A stretch of 64,000 nt of DNA, taken from an uncultured Acidobacteriota bacterium. Lineage in GTDB: Bacteria > Acidobacteriota > Thermoanaerobaculia > Gp7-AA8. The notes under the pieces are model-generated. The model saw only the letters and a list, made by a program, of their open reading frames with translations. It made no database searches and had not been told where the DNA came from. The stretch is from positions 192,001 through 256,000 of the forward strand of contig CAVUKB010000001.1 in assembly GCA_963741955.1 (NCBI GenBank), read 5' to 3'. Positions within the stretch are counted from its first letter, which is position 1, and the number at the start of each line of letters is the position of its first letter. The position numbers and the translations under genes are program-made. Of the stretch, positions 9,063 through 17,215 are shown in pieces.

Positions 9063-9152
9063 CTATTTCCTCCGCCGGCGCGCGCGCACCATCGCGACGC
9101 AGAGGAGCGCGATCAGCGCGAGCAGGATGTATTCGGTGATCAAGTAGGGCAT
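9063..9152 (-). CDS. 29-aa single-TM peptide MPYLITEYILLALIALLCVAMVRARRRRK
   Basis: Below the ORF-track cutoff; exactly fills the gap between neighbours; hydrophobic helix plus polybasic tail. Confidence 0.55.
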   Translation of the reverse strand: MPYLITEYILLALIALLCVAMVRARRRRK

Positions 9153-9156
9153 CCCT

Positions 9157-9555
9157 TCACCTCGGGTCTTCGGCGGTTGGCAAATGCGGCGGCGCGAGCT
9201 GCGGCGCCGGCTCCCGGTTGATCTCGAGCGCCTTCTCCCACCAGGCCCGCGTCGGCTTTTCCTTCATCGTTGCGTGGCCGTATTCGTCTGCGAGCAGGAT
9301 GGCGGTCCGCTCGCCGAGCCATTCGCCGTGCGGGCCGCGGTCCGTCACGCGCACTGTGTCGACGACGCGAGATAGATCGAGCGTCACGATCGCGTAGTGC
9401 TTCCCGCACTCCTGGACTCGGAGAATCTTTGCGCCGTCGCGCCAGGGCACGGTCCATCCGCGATGGGAAGGCCGCGGCGGCCCGATCTCACTCGCTCCCA
9501 GCACGCACGCGATCAGGCTCGCGACGGCGACGACGGCGCAAAGGTGTTTTCGCAT
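9157..9555 (-). CDS. Phage exported hypothetical protein
   Basis: N-terminal signal-like segment MRKHLCAVVAVASLIACVLG; operon context. Confidence 0.65.
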   Translation of the reverse strand: MRKHLCAVVAVASLIACVLGASEIGPPRPSHRGWTVPWRDGAKILRVQECGKHYAIVTLDLSRVVDTVRVTDRGPHGEWLGERTAILLADEYGHATMKEKPTRAWWEKALEINREPAPQLAPPHLPTAEDPR

Positions 9556-9559
9556 CGCG

Positions 9560-9799
9560 TCAGTTTCCGCCGAGTGACGCCTTCACCGCGCTCCGACCAG
9601 CGATGTACTTCGCGCCGGGCCAGGCCATGAGGACGAAGGTCAGCACCTTGTCGAGGACGCTGACGATCGCCGCGATCGCAGGGCTCGCCGTGACCGTCCC
9701 AACATCGACGTTGCCCGCCATGCCGAACAGGTGCAGCACCGCGACGATGAAGATGACGACGACCGTGAGAAACTCCGTGCTCTTCCATCCAGGCTTCAT
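9560..9799 (-). CDS. Holin-like two-TM protein
   Basis: Start MKPGWKSTEF with RBS AAGGAGAG; two TMs; YIAGRSAVK end, a pattern seen in putative holins. Confidence 0.7.
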   Translation of the reverse strand: MKPGWKSTEFLTVVVIFIVAVLHLFGMAGNVDVGTVTASPAIAAIVSVLDKVLTFVLMAWPGAKYIAGRSAVKASLGGN

Positions 9800-9885
9800 G
9801 CTCTCTCCTTTGAAGTCCCGCCGAGCGGCCCTGATCCGCCCGGCGGGCGAACAACAACATCGTGCGCGCATCGCGCTCTGGAAAT

Positions 9886-10525
9886 TCAATCGATTGATGC
9901 GAACGGGATCACGCGCGGCGTCCCGGCCCTCCGGTCGGTCACCACCGCGAATCCATAGATCTGCTGCGAATACGCTGCGACGCTCCCGGGGAACCCGACG
10001 CCAGAGCCCTCGGTGAGCTCGATCCGCCCGACGCTCACCCGCGTCGCGAGCTCGACGAATGTGAGCTCGCCGTCGCCGGCCACGTCGAAACTCTCGGTCC
10101 CGGCCAACTGGTTGTCGTGGTCATAGACTCGCGCGGTGACGACGCTCGGCGTCCCCTCGTCGAAGAAGGCCAGATGGGTGACCCAACGGTCATCGTTCTG
10201 GATGATCCGCACGTCCTGCGGATCCGGGAGGTGAGCAGTCAGCGGTGGCACTTCGAAGGAGATTGACAGGCCGCCTTCGACGAATCGCATGAGCGAGGTC
10301 ACGCGCGCGGAGCCTTCGAGAATCTTCACCTGGGTGATCCCGGCGCGCGGGCCGCAGACGTATCGTCCGAAGTCCTCCGCGATCGCCGAGCCGTTCGGCG
10401 GGATCGTGATCTGCCAGGATTCGGACCAGCACCCGGACGGCGCGATCGTCGCGCCATCGGTGGTCGTGATCAGCAGATCCGTGTCGTAGAGATCCGTGTC
10501 GGCGTAGACCAGGCGCGGGGCGCTG
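9886..10525 (-). pseudogene. 5'-truncated secreted beta-sandwich protein
   Basis: YDTDLLIT...VTHLAFF...ARVYDHDNQLAG...YGFAVVTDRRAGTP looks natural; the residues upstream of ~10525 do not. Confidence 0.55.
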
Positions 10526-10663
10526 GAAAATCTGGACGAAAAATCAACGCGAGGAGCTCTCGGACCTCGAAAGGACGCCAGGAGCGGAGATTCGCCCACG
10601 GAGTGGAAAAGGCGTCGCCGCGGTCCCGGGGGACCGCTCTCGGCTCAGTCAGTTCGCCGCCGA

Positions 10664-11017
10664 TTGGAATTCGCGCAGTCGCTCACGCGCCGCCGGCGAG
10701 AGTCTCCCGCCGGCGACAGCGGCTCTTCGTCATTTCGTGGCCCTCGCGGCCTCAATCTCATTGAGCTGAAACTGCTGATAGTCGATCTCGAGCTTCGCGA
10801 TCTCGAGCGAGTCGCCAGCTTCGTCCTGGGAATGGCTGAAGCGTATTCGGCGGGCGTCGCCGGATACGCGAGCGGCCATCATTCACATCAATCGAATTCA
10901 CCGAAGCCGGACTGGCGCGTCTTCGTGGAAGTCCGGCCAGCGCCTCCGGATGCCCCGGCGGAGCAGCCGTTGGCAGAGCAGGAGTCGATCGAGGCGAGCA
11001 TTTCGAGCGCGCCATAG
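10664..11017 (+). pseudogene. Phage hypothetical gene remnant
   Basis: Plausible C-terminal part (LIELKLLIVDLELRDLERVASFVLG); no clear start or RBS. Confidence 0.35.
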
Positions 11018-11106
11018 ATCCCTCTGCGAAACCGCGTGCTCGCCCGAGTGCGCGGTCGTCCGCTGGTGGCTCGGCGGGCCTGATGAGCAGCCCAGGAGAT
11101 GACGCT

Positions 11107-11376
11107 ATGGAATCGCTCACACCACAGGCAGCACGGGAGGTTGAGGTGCGAAGGATCGTCGCCGGCGTATGCGGACGATCGGTCGTCGGCACGACGGCAG
11201 GGACGCGGATCCGTCGAGATCTCGGGCTCACGGTCGACCAGGAGCGCGAGATCGCATGGCAGCTCTCGAATGCGTTTGGGATCGATCTCCGTGCGATCGA
11301 GTGGGCCGACCTCGTGACAATCGGGGACCTCCTTAATCGTGTCGATATCGCGATCGAACGGGAGCGATTCGCATGA
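11107..11376 (+). CDS. Acyl carrier protein-like protein lacking the phosphopantetheine Ser
   Basis: VRRIVA...TRIRRDLGLTVDQEREIAWQLSNAFGIDL...LVTIGDLLNRV aligns by eye to ACP; DSL replaced by TVD; RBS AGGAG. Confidence 0.7.
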   Translation: MESLTPQAAREVEVRRIVAGVCGRSVVGTTAGTRIRRDLGLTVDQEREIAWQLSNAFGIDLRAIEWADLVTIGDLLNRVDIAIERERFA

Positions 11377-11645
11377 CCGCGCTCGCGCAGCTGCATGTCG
11401 CAGTACTGGCGGCGACTTGCGCCCGCGAGGACGGACGTCCTCAGTCGTTCATCGACGTCATCAATATCCTCGCCGCCGCGGATCCGAGCGACATCGCTGC
11501 GGCAGTACTGGTTCTCGAGAGGGCAGGCTTCGTGCGCGTATTCGACCGCGACGGGCGCACTTGGGTGCGGCCGCAACGGACCGCCTGGATCGTGATCGCT
11601 GCGCACCTGAAACTCGCCAGAAGAGGCACGGAGTACGCGGCATGA
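11373..11645 (+). CDS. Small winged-helix-like phage protein
   Basis: ATGA coupling on both sides; AAVLVLERAGFVRV wHTH-like end. Confidence 0.6.
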   Translation: MTALAQLHVAVLAATCAREDGRPQSFIDVINILAAADPSDIAAAVLVLERAGFVRVFDRDGRTWVRPQRTAWIVIAAHLKLARRGTEYAA

Positions 11646-12040
11646 GCGGGTCCTGGCTCGAGCGTGGAAGCGTCGATCGGGCGCATGCAGTCAGCGTGGT
11701 CAAGATTATCTGGCGCCGTCTCGGCCGGGCCTCTGCGATTTCGATGCACGCGATCCGCCGTCAGACCGGTATCCCGACTCGCGAGATTCAATCGATCGTG
11801 AAATGGCTGGTCGAAGAGCGATCTCTCCCGATCGGCACGTCGCCCGCGCGGCCGTGGGGTTACTACTGGATCTCGACCGAAGACGAGCGACGAAAGGTCC
11901 GAAACCACTTCATCCGGCGCGCTCTCTCGACCCTCGAGCACGCGAAAGCCTATGACCGGGATTCGATCGTGGCCCCGCTGGTCGGACAACTCAAGCTCAT
12001 TTCGGAGGAGGGCGAGCATGAGTCGCAAGAAATACGGTGA
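11642..12040 (+). CDS. Phage winged-HTH DNA-binding protein
   Basis: Start MSGSWLER (ATGA overlap); GRASAISMHAI...TREIQSIVKWL...LPIG...GYYWISTEDE. Confidence 0.7.
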   Translation: MSGSWLERGSVDRAHAVSVVKIIWRRLGRASAISMHAIRRQTGIPTREIQSIVKWLVEERSLPIGTSPARPWGYYWISTEDERRKVRNHFIRRALSTLEHAKAYDRDSIVAPLVGQLKLISEEGEHESQEIR

Positions 12041-12713
12041 CCGTGAGCGTCGGATCGCGATCGAGATCTACGAGGCGACCGGAAGCCACTTAAAGGCAGC
12101 AGCGGCCGCCGGAACCTCGCCGTGTTGGGTATATGAGCTCCTGCGCCGGGAGGGCCGCGTGAAGCGTGCGTGGCCAACCTATACCGCGCGGCAAGCGCAT
12201 CGGGCGGTGGAGCTGTATCGCTCTGGTCTAAGCACATCTCTCGTGGCACAAGAGATCGGCGGCGTGTCACGTGAATGGGTGCGCGTGCAGGTCGTGGCTG
12301 CTGGAATCCTTCGTTCGAAATCTCACGCGATGCGGCTGCGTATGGCTAGGGAGAAGGGCCGAGACTACGAGCAGCTGCGGCGAGAGGCTCTCGAGCTCGC
12401 GACAGAGCAATTGATGTCCGTGCGTGCCATCGCAAAGTATCTCAGCGTCTCGACGAACTTCGTGAAACAGGCGATCCCTCGGGAGCTGCGTTGCAATCCG
12501 AAGGACGCAACGCTGCGCCGCAAGTGGCAGGCCTTCCTTCCCGACGTCGAGGCCCGCCGGGAGCGGCGTGAGCGGGTAATTTTGATGCGGCGCGGAGGTG
12601 CGACCTACGCGCGGATCATCGCCGAAACGGGTGTCTGCCAGGCGACCGTCTACCGTTATCTCTCCGAGGCCGGGCTCACCGGCTCGCTGCGCGACCAAAG
12701 GAGGATGAGGTGA
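12018..12713 (+). CDS. Multi-HTH phage regulatory protein
   Basis: Start MSRKKYG with RBS GGAGG; four HTH-like repeats, e.g. GLSTSLVAQEIGGVSREWV, MSVRAIAKYLSVS, GATYARIIAETGVCQATVYRYL. Confidence 0.75.
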   Translation: MSRKKYGDRERRIAIEIYEATGSHLKAAAAAGTSPCWVYELLRREGRVKRAWPTYTARQAHRAVELYRSGLSTSLVAQEIGGVSREWVRVQVVAAGILRSKSHAMRLRMAREKGRDYEQLRREALELATEQLMSVRAIAKYLSVSTNFVKQAIPRELRCNPKDATLRRKWQAFLPDVEARRERRERVILMRRGGATYARIIAETGVCQATVYRYLSEAGLTGSLRDQRRMR

Positions 12714-13573
12714 TTACTTCTGCGCAAATTCGCATGCTGCATATCGCCCAGCGGCAGCTCGAGATTCCGCGTGAGCACTACGAGGCGATCATGCTCGAGG
12801 CAGCCGGGGTGACGAGCTCAAAGGCGCTCGACAACGCGGGCTTCGACGCGGTGATCCGGAGGTTCGAGGAACTTGGATTCCGCAACACGGCCCGTCATTC
12901 GCGGCGTCCATATCATCCAGCCGAGCCAATCACTCATGCCCAGCAGCAGTTGATCGAGGGACTCTATCTCGAGCTCGGATGGGACGACCGCGATCGGCAG
13001 ATCGGCTTCAACCGCCGCCAATGCCGGAAATCCTGGCCACAGACCCGCCGCGACGCGAACCGGGTGATCGAAGGACTGAAGGCGATCCGCGCAAGATCGA
13101 GCCGGTCAGCCGGCCTGGGCCTCCTGGAGCTTCTTGTCGTGATCGCGGTGCTTGGGCTTCTTTTATGCGGCGCCGCGGTGGGGAAGGATCGCACGGCCAC
13201 CCCGCCCGCCCGTACCGTCATCCCGTACCTCGAAGCGTCCACTCATCCGTATCTGGCGACTGAATTCTCGGCCATCCGTGACGCCGAGAATTACATCGAG
13301 TTGCTCCCACTCCAGGAGGCGGTTACGGCCGTGATCACGCGGTGGGACGATCCCGACGATACGTCTAACACCTTCATCGTCCTGCACCGGACGAATCCCT
13401 GGCCAGCTCACGCAGCCCGAATCCCCTTGCGTGTTGGGGTATTGGATTTCGATTCCCCTGCCGCCCTGTTTAACACGCGCGAATGGTACGCTATGCAGGG
13501 CTACAAGACCGCGATGGCAACCGGGGTCGGCACGCGCCGTTACCTGCTCGTGATCGACCAGGGACCGCTCTAA
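12710..13573 (+). CDS. gemA: GemA (Mu gp16 / DUF1018) fused to a prepilin-like TM and C-terminal domain
   Basis: QIRMLHIAQRQL...GVTSSKAL...FEELGF...ANRVIEGLKA matches GemA; followed in frame by AG-LGLLELLVVIAVLGLLL. Confidence 0.75.
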   Translation: MITSAQIRMLHIAQRQLEIPREHYEAIMLEAAGVTSSKALDNAGFDAVIRRFEELGFRNTARHSRRPYHPAEPITHAQQQLIEGLYLELGWDDRDRQIGFNRRQCRKSWPQTRRDANRVIEGLKAIRARSSRSAGLGLLELLVVIAVLGLLLCGAAVGKDRTATPPARTVIPYLEASTHPYLATEFSAIRDAENYIELLPLQEAVTAVITRWDDPDDTSNTFIVLHRTNPWPAHAARIPLRVGVLDFDSPAALFNTREWYAMQGYKTAMATGVGTRRYLLVIDQGPL

Positions 13574-13703
13574 GGAGCGGTCACCGATCGCCGCCGGTAG
13601 TGCTCGGGCCGCCTGCTGGCATCGTGATCCCTCCGGCCTCTCTTCTTCGTCGACGTTTACTGTAGATTCACCCCTGTTTTTGCACAATTCCTTGTGCACT
13701 TTC

Positions 13704-13830
13704 ATGTCCGCTGATCAGTGCACAGCGATCGGGAGCTCGCCAGGGGTATCCTCTTGAGGCGCGGTAGTTTGCGCCGATGTCCGCTGATCGGACGCGCTTG
13801 CGCGAAAAGCCCGCAAAATGTCCGCTGATC
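13704..13830 (+). repeat. Three exact direct repeats ATGTCCGCTGATC (13704, 13777, 13818), candidate transposase-binding sites at the prophage end
   Basis: Seen directly; degenerate fourth copy ATGTCCCCTG at 14046. Confidence 0.7.
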
Positions 13831-14116
13831 GGCCCCGGATGATGACGGTAGGTGAGGCGTAGATGGGGCTTAATTGTCGGGTCTAGCGCGACTTACGGTC
13901 TCCATTAGGCGGGTTCGGCGATGCCTCGGGTCCGGCCGTCGCCCGTTTTGCGTTTCGTTTGGCAGAAAGATCGTCGGCGCGCGTCGGCGCGCGGCGTAAC
14001 CGCTGAACGTGGCTGAGGTTACGACGAGCGGCGATCCGTCCCGCCATGTCCCCTGTTATCCCGGCGTTTTGCCAAACCATCCGCAAACTCACATTAGGCT
14101 TCGACTTTCGGGGTTG

Positions 14117-14184
14117 CCCCTCACCCTTCCCTCTCCCCGAATGTCGTTCCTCGGCTGAAGACATGACCCCGGACGGGGGGAGGG
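14117..14184. repeat. REP-like element (CCCCTCACCC..CCCTCTCCCC...GGGGGAGGG)
   Basis: Matches the widespread CCCTCACCC/CCCTCTCCC-GGGAGAGGG extragenic palindrome style. Confidence 0.55.
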
Positions 14185-14333
14185 TGCGTCCCGCCGAGCG
14201 GCGCGGTCATCGCGTTGGCGGCTCGGCGAACGCGCCGAGTCACAGGAGCCGTGCGAAACCGAGTGCCGCTCCCCTGACGGGCCCGGCTGAACGAGGTGGC
14301 GTCCTTCGGTCTTCCGCGAGTCATCAGGCTCTT

Positions 14334-14603
14334 CAAATCGCGCAAATGAGATCGCTCTCGAAGCCGCTGCTCGCTCCGTCACCGCGATCGTTTTCATGGA
14401 AGACGCCAGAACGGGCTATGGCAAATCGCGCAAATGAAATCGCTCTCGAAGCCGCGAATCGCTCCGTTACCGGCGATCGTTCTCAGAGAAGACGCCCGAA
14501 CGAGCTATGGCAAATCGCCCCAATGAGATCGCTCACCAAGCCGCTGCTCGCTCCGTCACCTCTCAGATCCACGATCCACGATCCTCGATCCGCGATGCTT
14601 TTC
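14334..14603 (+). repeat. ~88-bp tandem repeat (2.5 copies, core CAAATCGCGCAAAT) ending in GATCCWC heptamers
   Basis: Copies start at 14334, 14422 and 14511; same family as the 48.6-49.3 kb array. Confidence 0.85.
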
Positions 14604-14674
14604 GTTTCATCTCCGTGACCGTCGCGCCGTTTCCTCCGCGGTATGGTGAAGATTCAATCGAAAAGGAGGATGCG

Positions 14675-15568
14675 ATGCGGCACGCCGGACCATGGGCGCT
14701 CGTGGCCGCCGTCGCGCTGACGATCTCGATCGTCGCCGCGCCGGCACAATCGGAGACGGCATCGGATCAGGCCGCGAGGCTGATCCAGACCCGCGACTGG
14801 AAGAACATCGAGCCGCAGCTCGAGCGCATCACGCGCGAGCATCCCGACGATGCGGAAGCGTGGTACGGACTCGGGCGATCGCTCCAGGAGATCGGAAAAT
14901 ATCGCGAGGCTCTCGTGCCGCTGACGAAGGCGCTGGAGCTCGGATACCGACCCGCGTTCATGCAACTCCTCCTCGCCCGCTCCTACGCCGCACTCGGCGA
15001 CGCGAGAGCCGTCGCGAGCCGGCTCGAGAAATCGAATGCGGCGGGATTCCCGGTGTGGGTCGTGGCGAAACAGTTCCCTGAATTCGAGCCGCAGGAGGCG
15101 GCGCTCGAAGCGTTCCGTCCCTGCTCCACCGCCGAGTACCGCCAGTTCGACTTCTGGATCGGAGAGTGGGACGTCTACAACCCCGCCGGGCAGCAGGTCG
15201 GATCGAGCCGCATCACGCCGATCAACGACGGTTGTGCCATTCGGGAGGAATGGACCAGCGCAACGGGGACGACCGGCAGCAGTTTCAACTTCTACGACCC
15301 GCGCACGAAGAAGTGGAACCAGTTCTGGGTCGGTAGCGGCGCCCCTCTCTCCCTCGACGACGAAGGAAACGCCGCGGTGATCACCGGAGGGCTGCGGAAC
15401 GGAAGCATGATCCTCTCGTCCAACGGCCGCGTCTCCCCGATGAACCGCATCACCTGGACGCCTCTCGACGGGGGTGCGGTACGCCAGCTCTGGGAACAGT
15501 CGAAAGACGACGGAAAGACGTGGAGCACCGCGTTCGACGGAAAGTACGTTCCGAAGAAGAAGCCCTGA
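14675..15568 (+). CDS. Secreted TPR protein with C-terminal DUF1579-like beta domain
   Basis: RBS AAGGAGG; signal peptide; PDDAEAWYGLG TPR; EYRQFDFWIGEW. Confidence 0.85.
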   Translation: MRHAGPWALVAAVALTISIVAAPAQSETASDQAARLIQTRDWKNIEPQLERITREHPDDAEAWYGLGRSLQEIGKYREALVPLTKALELGYRPAFMQLLLARSYAALGDARAVASRLEKSNAAGFPVWVVAKQFPEFEPQEAALEAFRPCSTAEYRQFDFWIGEWDVYNPAGQQVGSSRITPINDGCAIREEWTSATGTTGSSFNFYDPRTKKWNQFWVGSGAPLSLDDEGNAAVITGGLRNGSMILSSNGRVSPMNRITWTPLDGGAVRQLWEQSKDDGKTWSTAFDGKYVPKKKP

Positions 15569-15745
15569 CGTGGATCGAGGATCTGAAAGGCATCGAGGAT
15601 CGAGGATCGAGGATCGAGGATCGTGGATTGAGGATCGTGGATTGAGGATCGTGGATCGTGGATCGAGGATCGTGGATCTGAAAAGCATCGAGGATTGTGG
15701 ATCGAGGCTCGAGCCTCGAGCCTCGAGCCTCGACTCTCGAGCCCC
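15569..15745. repeat. Heptamer tandem repeats (GWGGATC)n then (CTCGAGC)n
   Basis: Seen directly, more than 15 units. Confidence 0.9.
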
Positions 15746-15852
15746 GATCCTCGCCGGAAACAGCTTCGCACAGCGTTGACGAGTCCGCTGGTTCACACGG
15801 CCGCGGAACGTGGTAACGTCTCCCCGCGCCAGCGGGCGCCGGAGGGAAACCC

Positions 15853-16878
15853 TTGCTGCGAAAGCCTGCCATTCTGATCACCGGCGCGAGCGGAGAGATC
15901 GGCCACGGCCTGATCACGCGACTCGCCGAGGCGGGAGACCGTCCCGTCATCACCCTCGACCTCAAGCCGCTCGAGCCCGAGCTCGGACGACTCGTCGCGC
16001 ACGAGTTCGCCGGCTCGATTCTCGATCCGAATCTGCTCGAGCGGATTCTCTCGGAGTACCAGGTGGAGATGGTCTTCCACCTCGCCGCTCTCCTCTCCAC
16101 CCGAAGCGAGTTCACACCGGTGACCGCGCATCAGGTGAACGTCGAGGGGACGATGAATCTCCTCGAGTTCGCACAGAAACAGGGAGAGTCTCACGGCCGT
16201 CCGGTGGTCTTTCTCTACCCCTCGTCGATCGCGGCGTACGGGATGCCCGACCTCGAGACGAAGAAACGCGTCGGCCGCGTTCGCGAGGACGAGTTCAACA
16301 CGCCGACCACGATGTACGGCTGCAACAAGCTGTATTGCGAGATGCTCGGCCGCTATTACGCGCGTTTCTACAAGCAGCTCTCGGCGGACTCCCTCGCGGG
16401 ACGGGTCGACTTCCGCTCGATCCGCTTCCCCGGCCTCATCTCCGCAGTGACGGTCCCGTCGGGAGGGACGTCCGACTTCGCGCCGGAGATGCTGCATGCC
16501 GCCGCAGAGGGAAAGCCGTACGCCTGCTTCGTCCGGCCGGACACGCGGATTCCCTTCATGGCGATGCCGGACGGCGTCGCTGCCCTTCTCGCGCTCGCCG
16601 CCGCGCCGAGCGAGCGTCTCACTCGGACGTCGTACAACATCGCGGCGTTCAATCCGTCCGCCGCGGAGATTCAGGAGATCGTCGAGCGCGCATTTCCGGG
16701 GCCGCAGATCACGACGAAGGTGGACGAGAAGCGACAGGGGATTCTCGACTCCTGGCCGGAAGACGTCGACGACTCGGCGGCGCGCCACGACTGGAACTTC
16801 GCGCCGCAGCTCGGGCTCGAAGCAGCGTTCAACGATTACCTGATCCCACGAATCCGCGAGAGATACGGCGCCGCCTGA
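15853..16878 (+). CDS. NAD-dependent epimerase/dehydratase SDR (L-threonine 3-dehydrogenase-like)
   Basis: ITGASGEIG, FHLAALLS, PSSIAAYG, YGCNK, GGTSD. Confidence 0.9.
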   Translation: MLRKPAILITGASGEIGHGLITRLAEAGDRPVITLDLKPLEPELGRLVAHEFAGSILDPNLLERILSEYQVEMVFHLAALLSTRSEFTPVTAHQVNVEGTMNLLEFAQKQGESHGRPVVFLYPSSIAAYGMPDLETKKRVGRVREDEFNTPTTMYGCNKLYCEMLGRYYARFYKQLSADSLAGRVDFRSIRFPGLISAVTVPSGGTSDFAPEMLHAAAEGKPYACFVRPDTRIPFMAMPDGVAALLALAAAPSERLTRTSYNIAAFNPSAAEIQEIVERAFPGPQITTKVDEKRQGILDSWPEDVDDSAARHDWNFAPQLGLEAAFNDYLIPRIRERYGAA

Positions 16879-16889
16879 AAGGCGATCCG

Positions 16890-16924
16890 AAAAAAAAGCG
16901 GTCCGGCGGGGGCTGCCGGACCGC
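16890..16924 (-). terminator. Rho-independent terminator of the small peptide gene
   Basis: GCGGTCCGGC stem, loop, GCCGGACCGC, then T8 on the minus strand. Confidence 0.85.
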
Positions 16925-16943
16925 ATGGACCGAATTGGAGGAG

Positions 16944-17135
16944 CTACTTGCCGAGGGTCGGGATCTCGGTGAGGTTCGGGAGCTGTTGCGGCTCCTGGAC
17001 CGCGGGAAGCGACGTCAGGGATGACGGCTTGAACGGTTGATTGAGCCCGATCAGAACGCCGCCACTCACGTCTTCGAGCTCGGCCTGTTCGAGCTCGTGT
17101 TCTTTCGTGGTTTCGGGGGTTTTCTCGTCTTCCAT
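16944..17135 (-). CDS. Double-glycine-leader peptide (RiPP/bacteriocin-type precursor)
   Basis: Acidic leader ELEQAELEDVSGG; RBS GAAGGAGA; own terminator. Confidence 0.75.
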   Translation of the reverse strand: MEDEKTPETTKEHELEQAELEDVSGGVLIGLNQPFKPSSLTSLPAVQEPQQLPNLTEIPTLGK

Positions 17136-17199
17136 GTGTTTCTCCTTCCCGTCCGTACTGCAGACAGATTCGAATATCGGCCCATCCCGGAGGAGCGAG

Positions 17200-17215
17200 C
17201 GTGATTCAGATCACG
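17200..17215. promoter_or_regulatory. Palindrome CGTGAT-TCAG-ATCACG, CRP/FNR-family-like site
   Basis: GTGA-N6-TCAC geometry, about 70 bp upstream of the peptide ATG. Confidence 0.5.

Larger units (their letters stand above)
1..14093. mobile_element. Degenerate transposable (Mu-like, B3/BcepMu-type layout) prophage; continues left of the window
   Basis: Contains DUF3486, DUF935 portal, MuF, Mu protease I and GemA homologs with ATGA/GTGA-coupled genes. Right boundary is tentative, based on ATGTCCGCTGATC repeats and an ACA at 14091-14093. Confidence 0.85.

Noticed and set aside
1-10525. Gene transfer agent or tailocin
   Set aside because: No major capsid, tube or sheath gene in the window, and genes are broken mid-sequence; a deleted prophage is simpler.
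17165-17205. Sigma28 promoter for the peptide gene (GCCGATAT on the minus strand)
   Set aside because: No TAAA-like -35 at the correct spacing.
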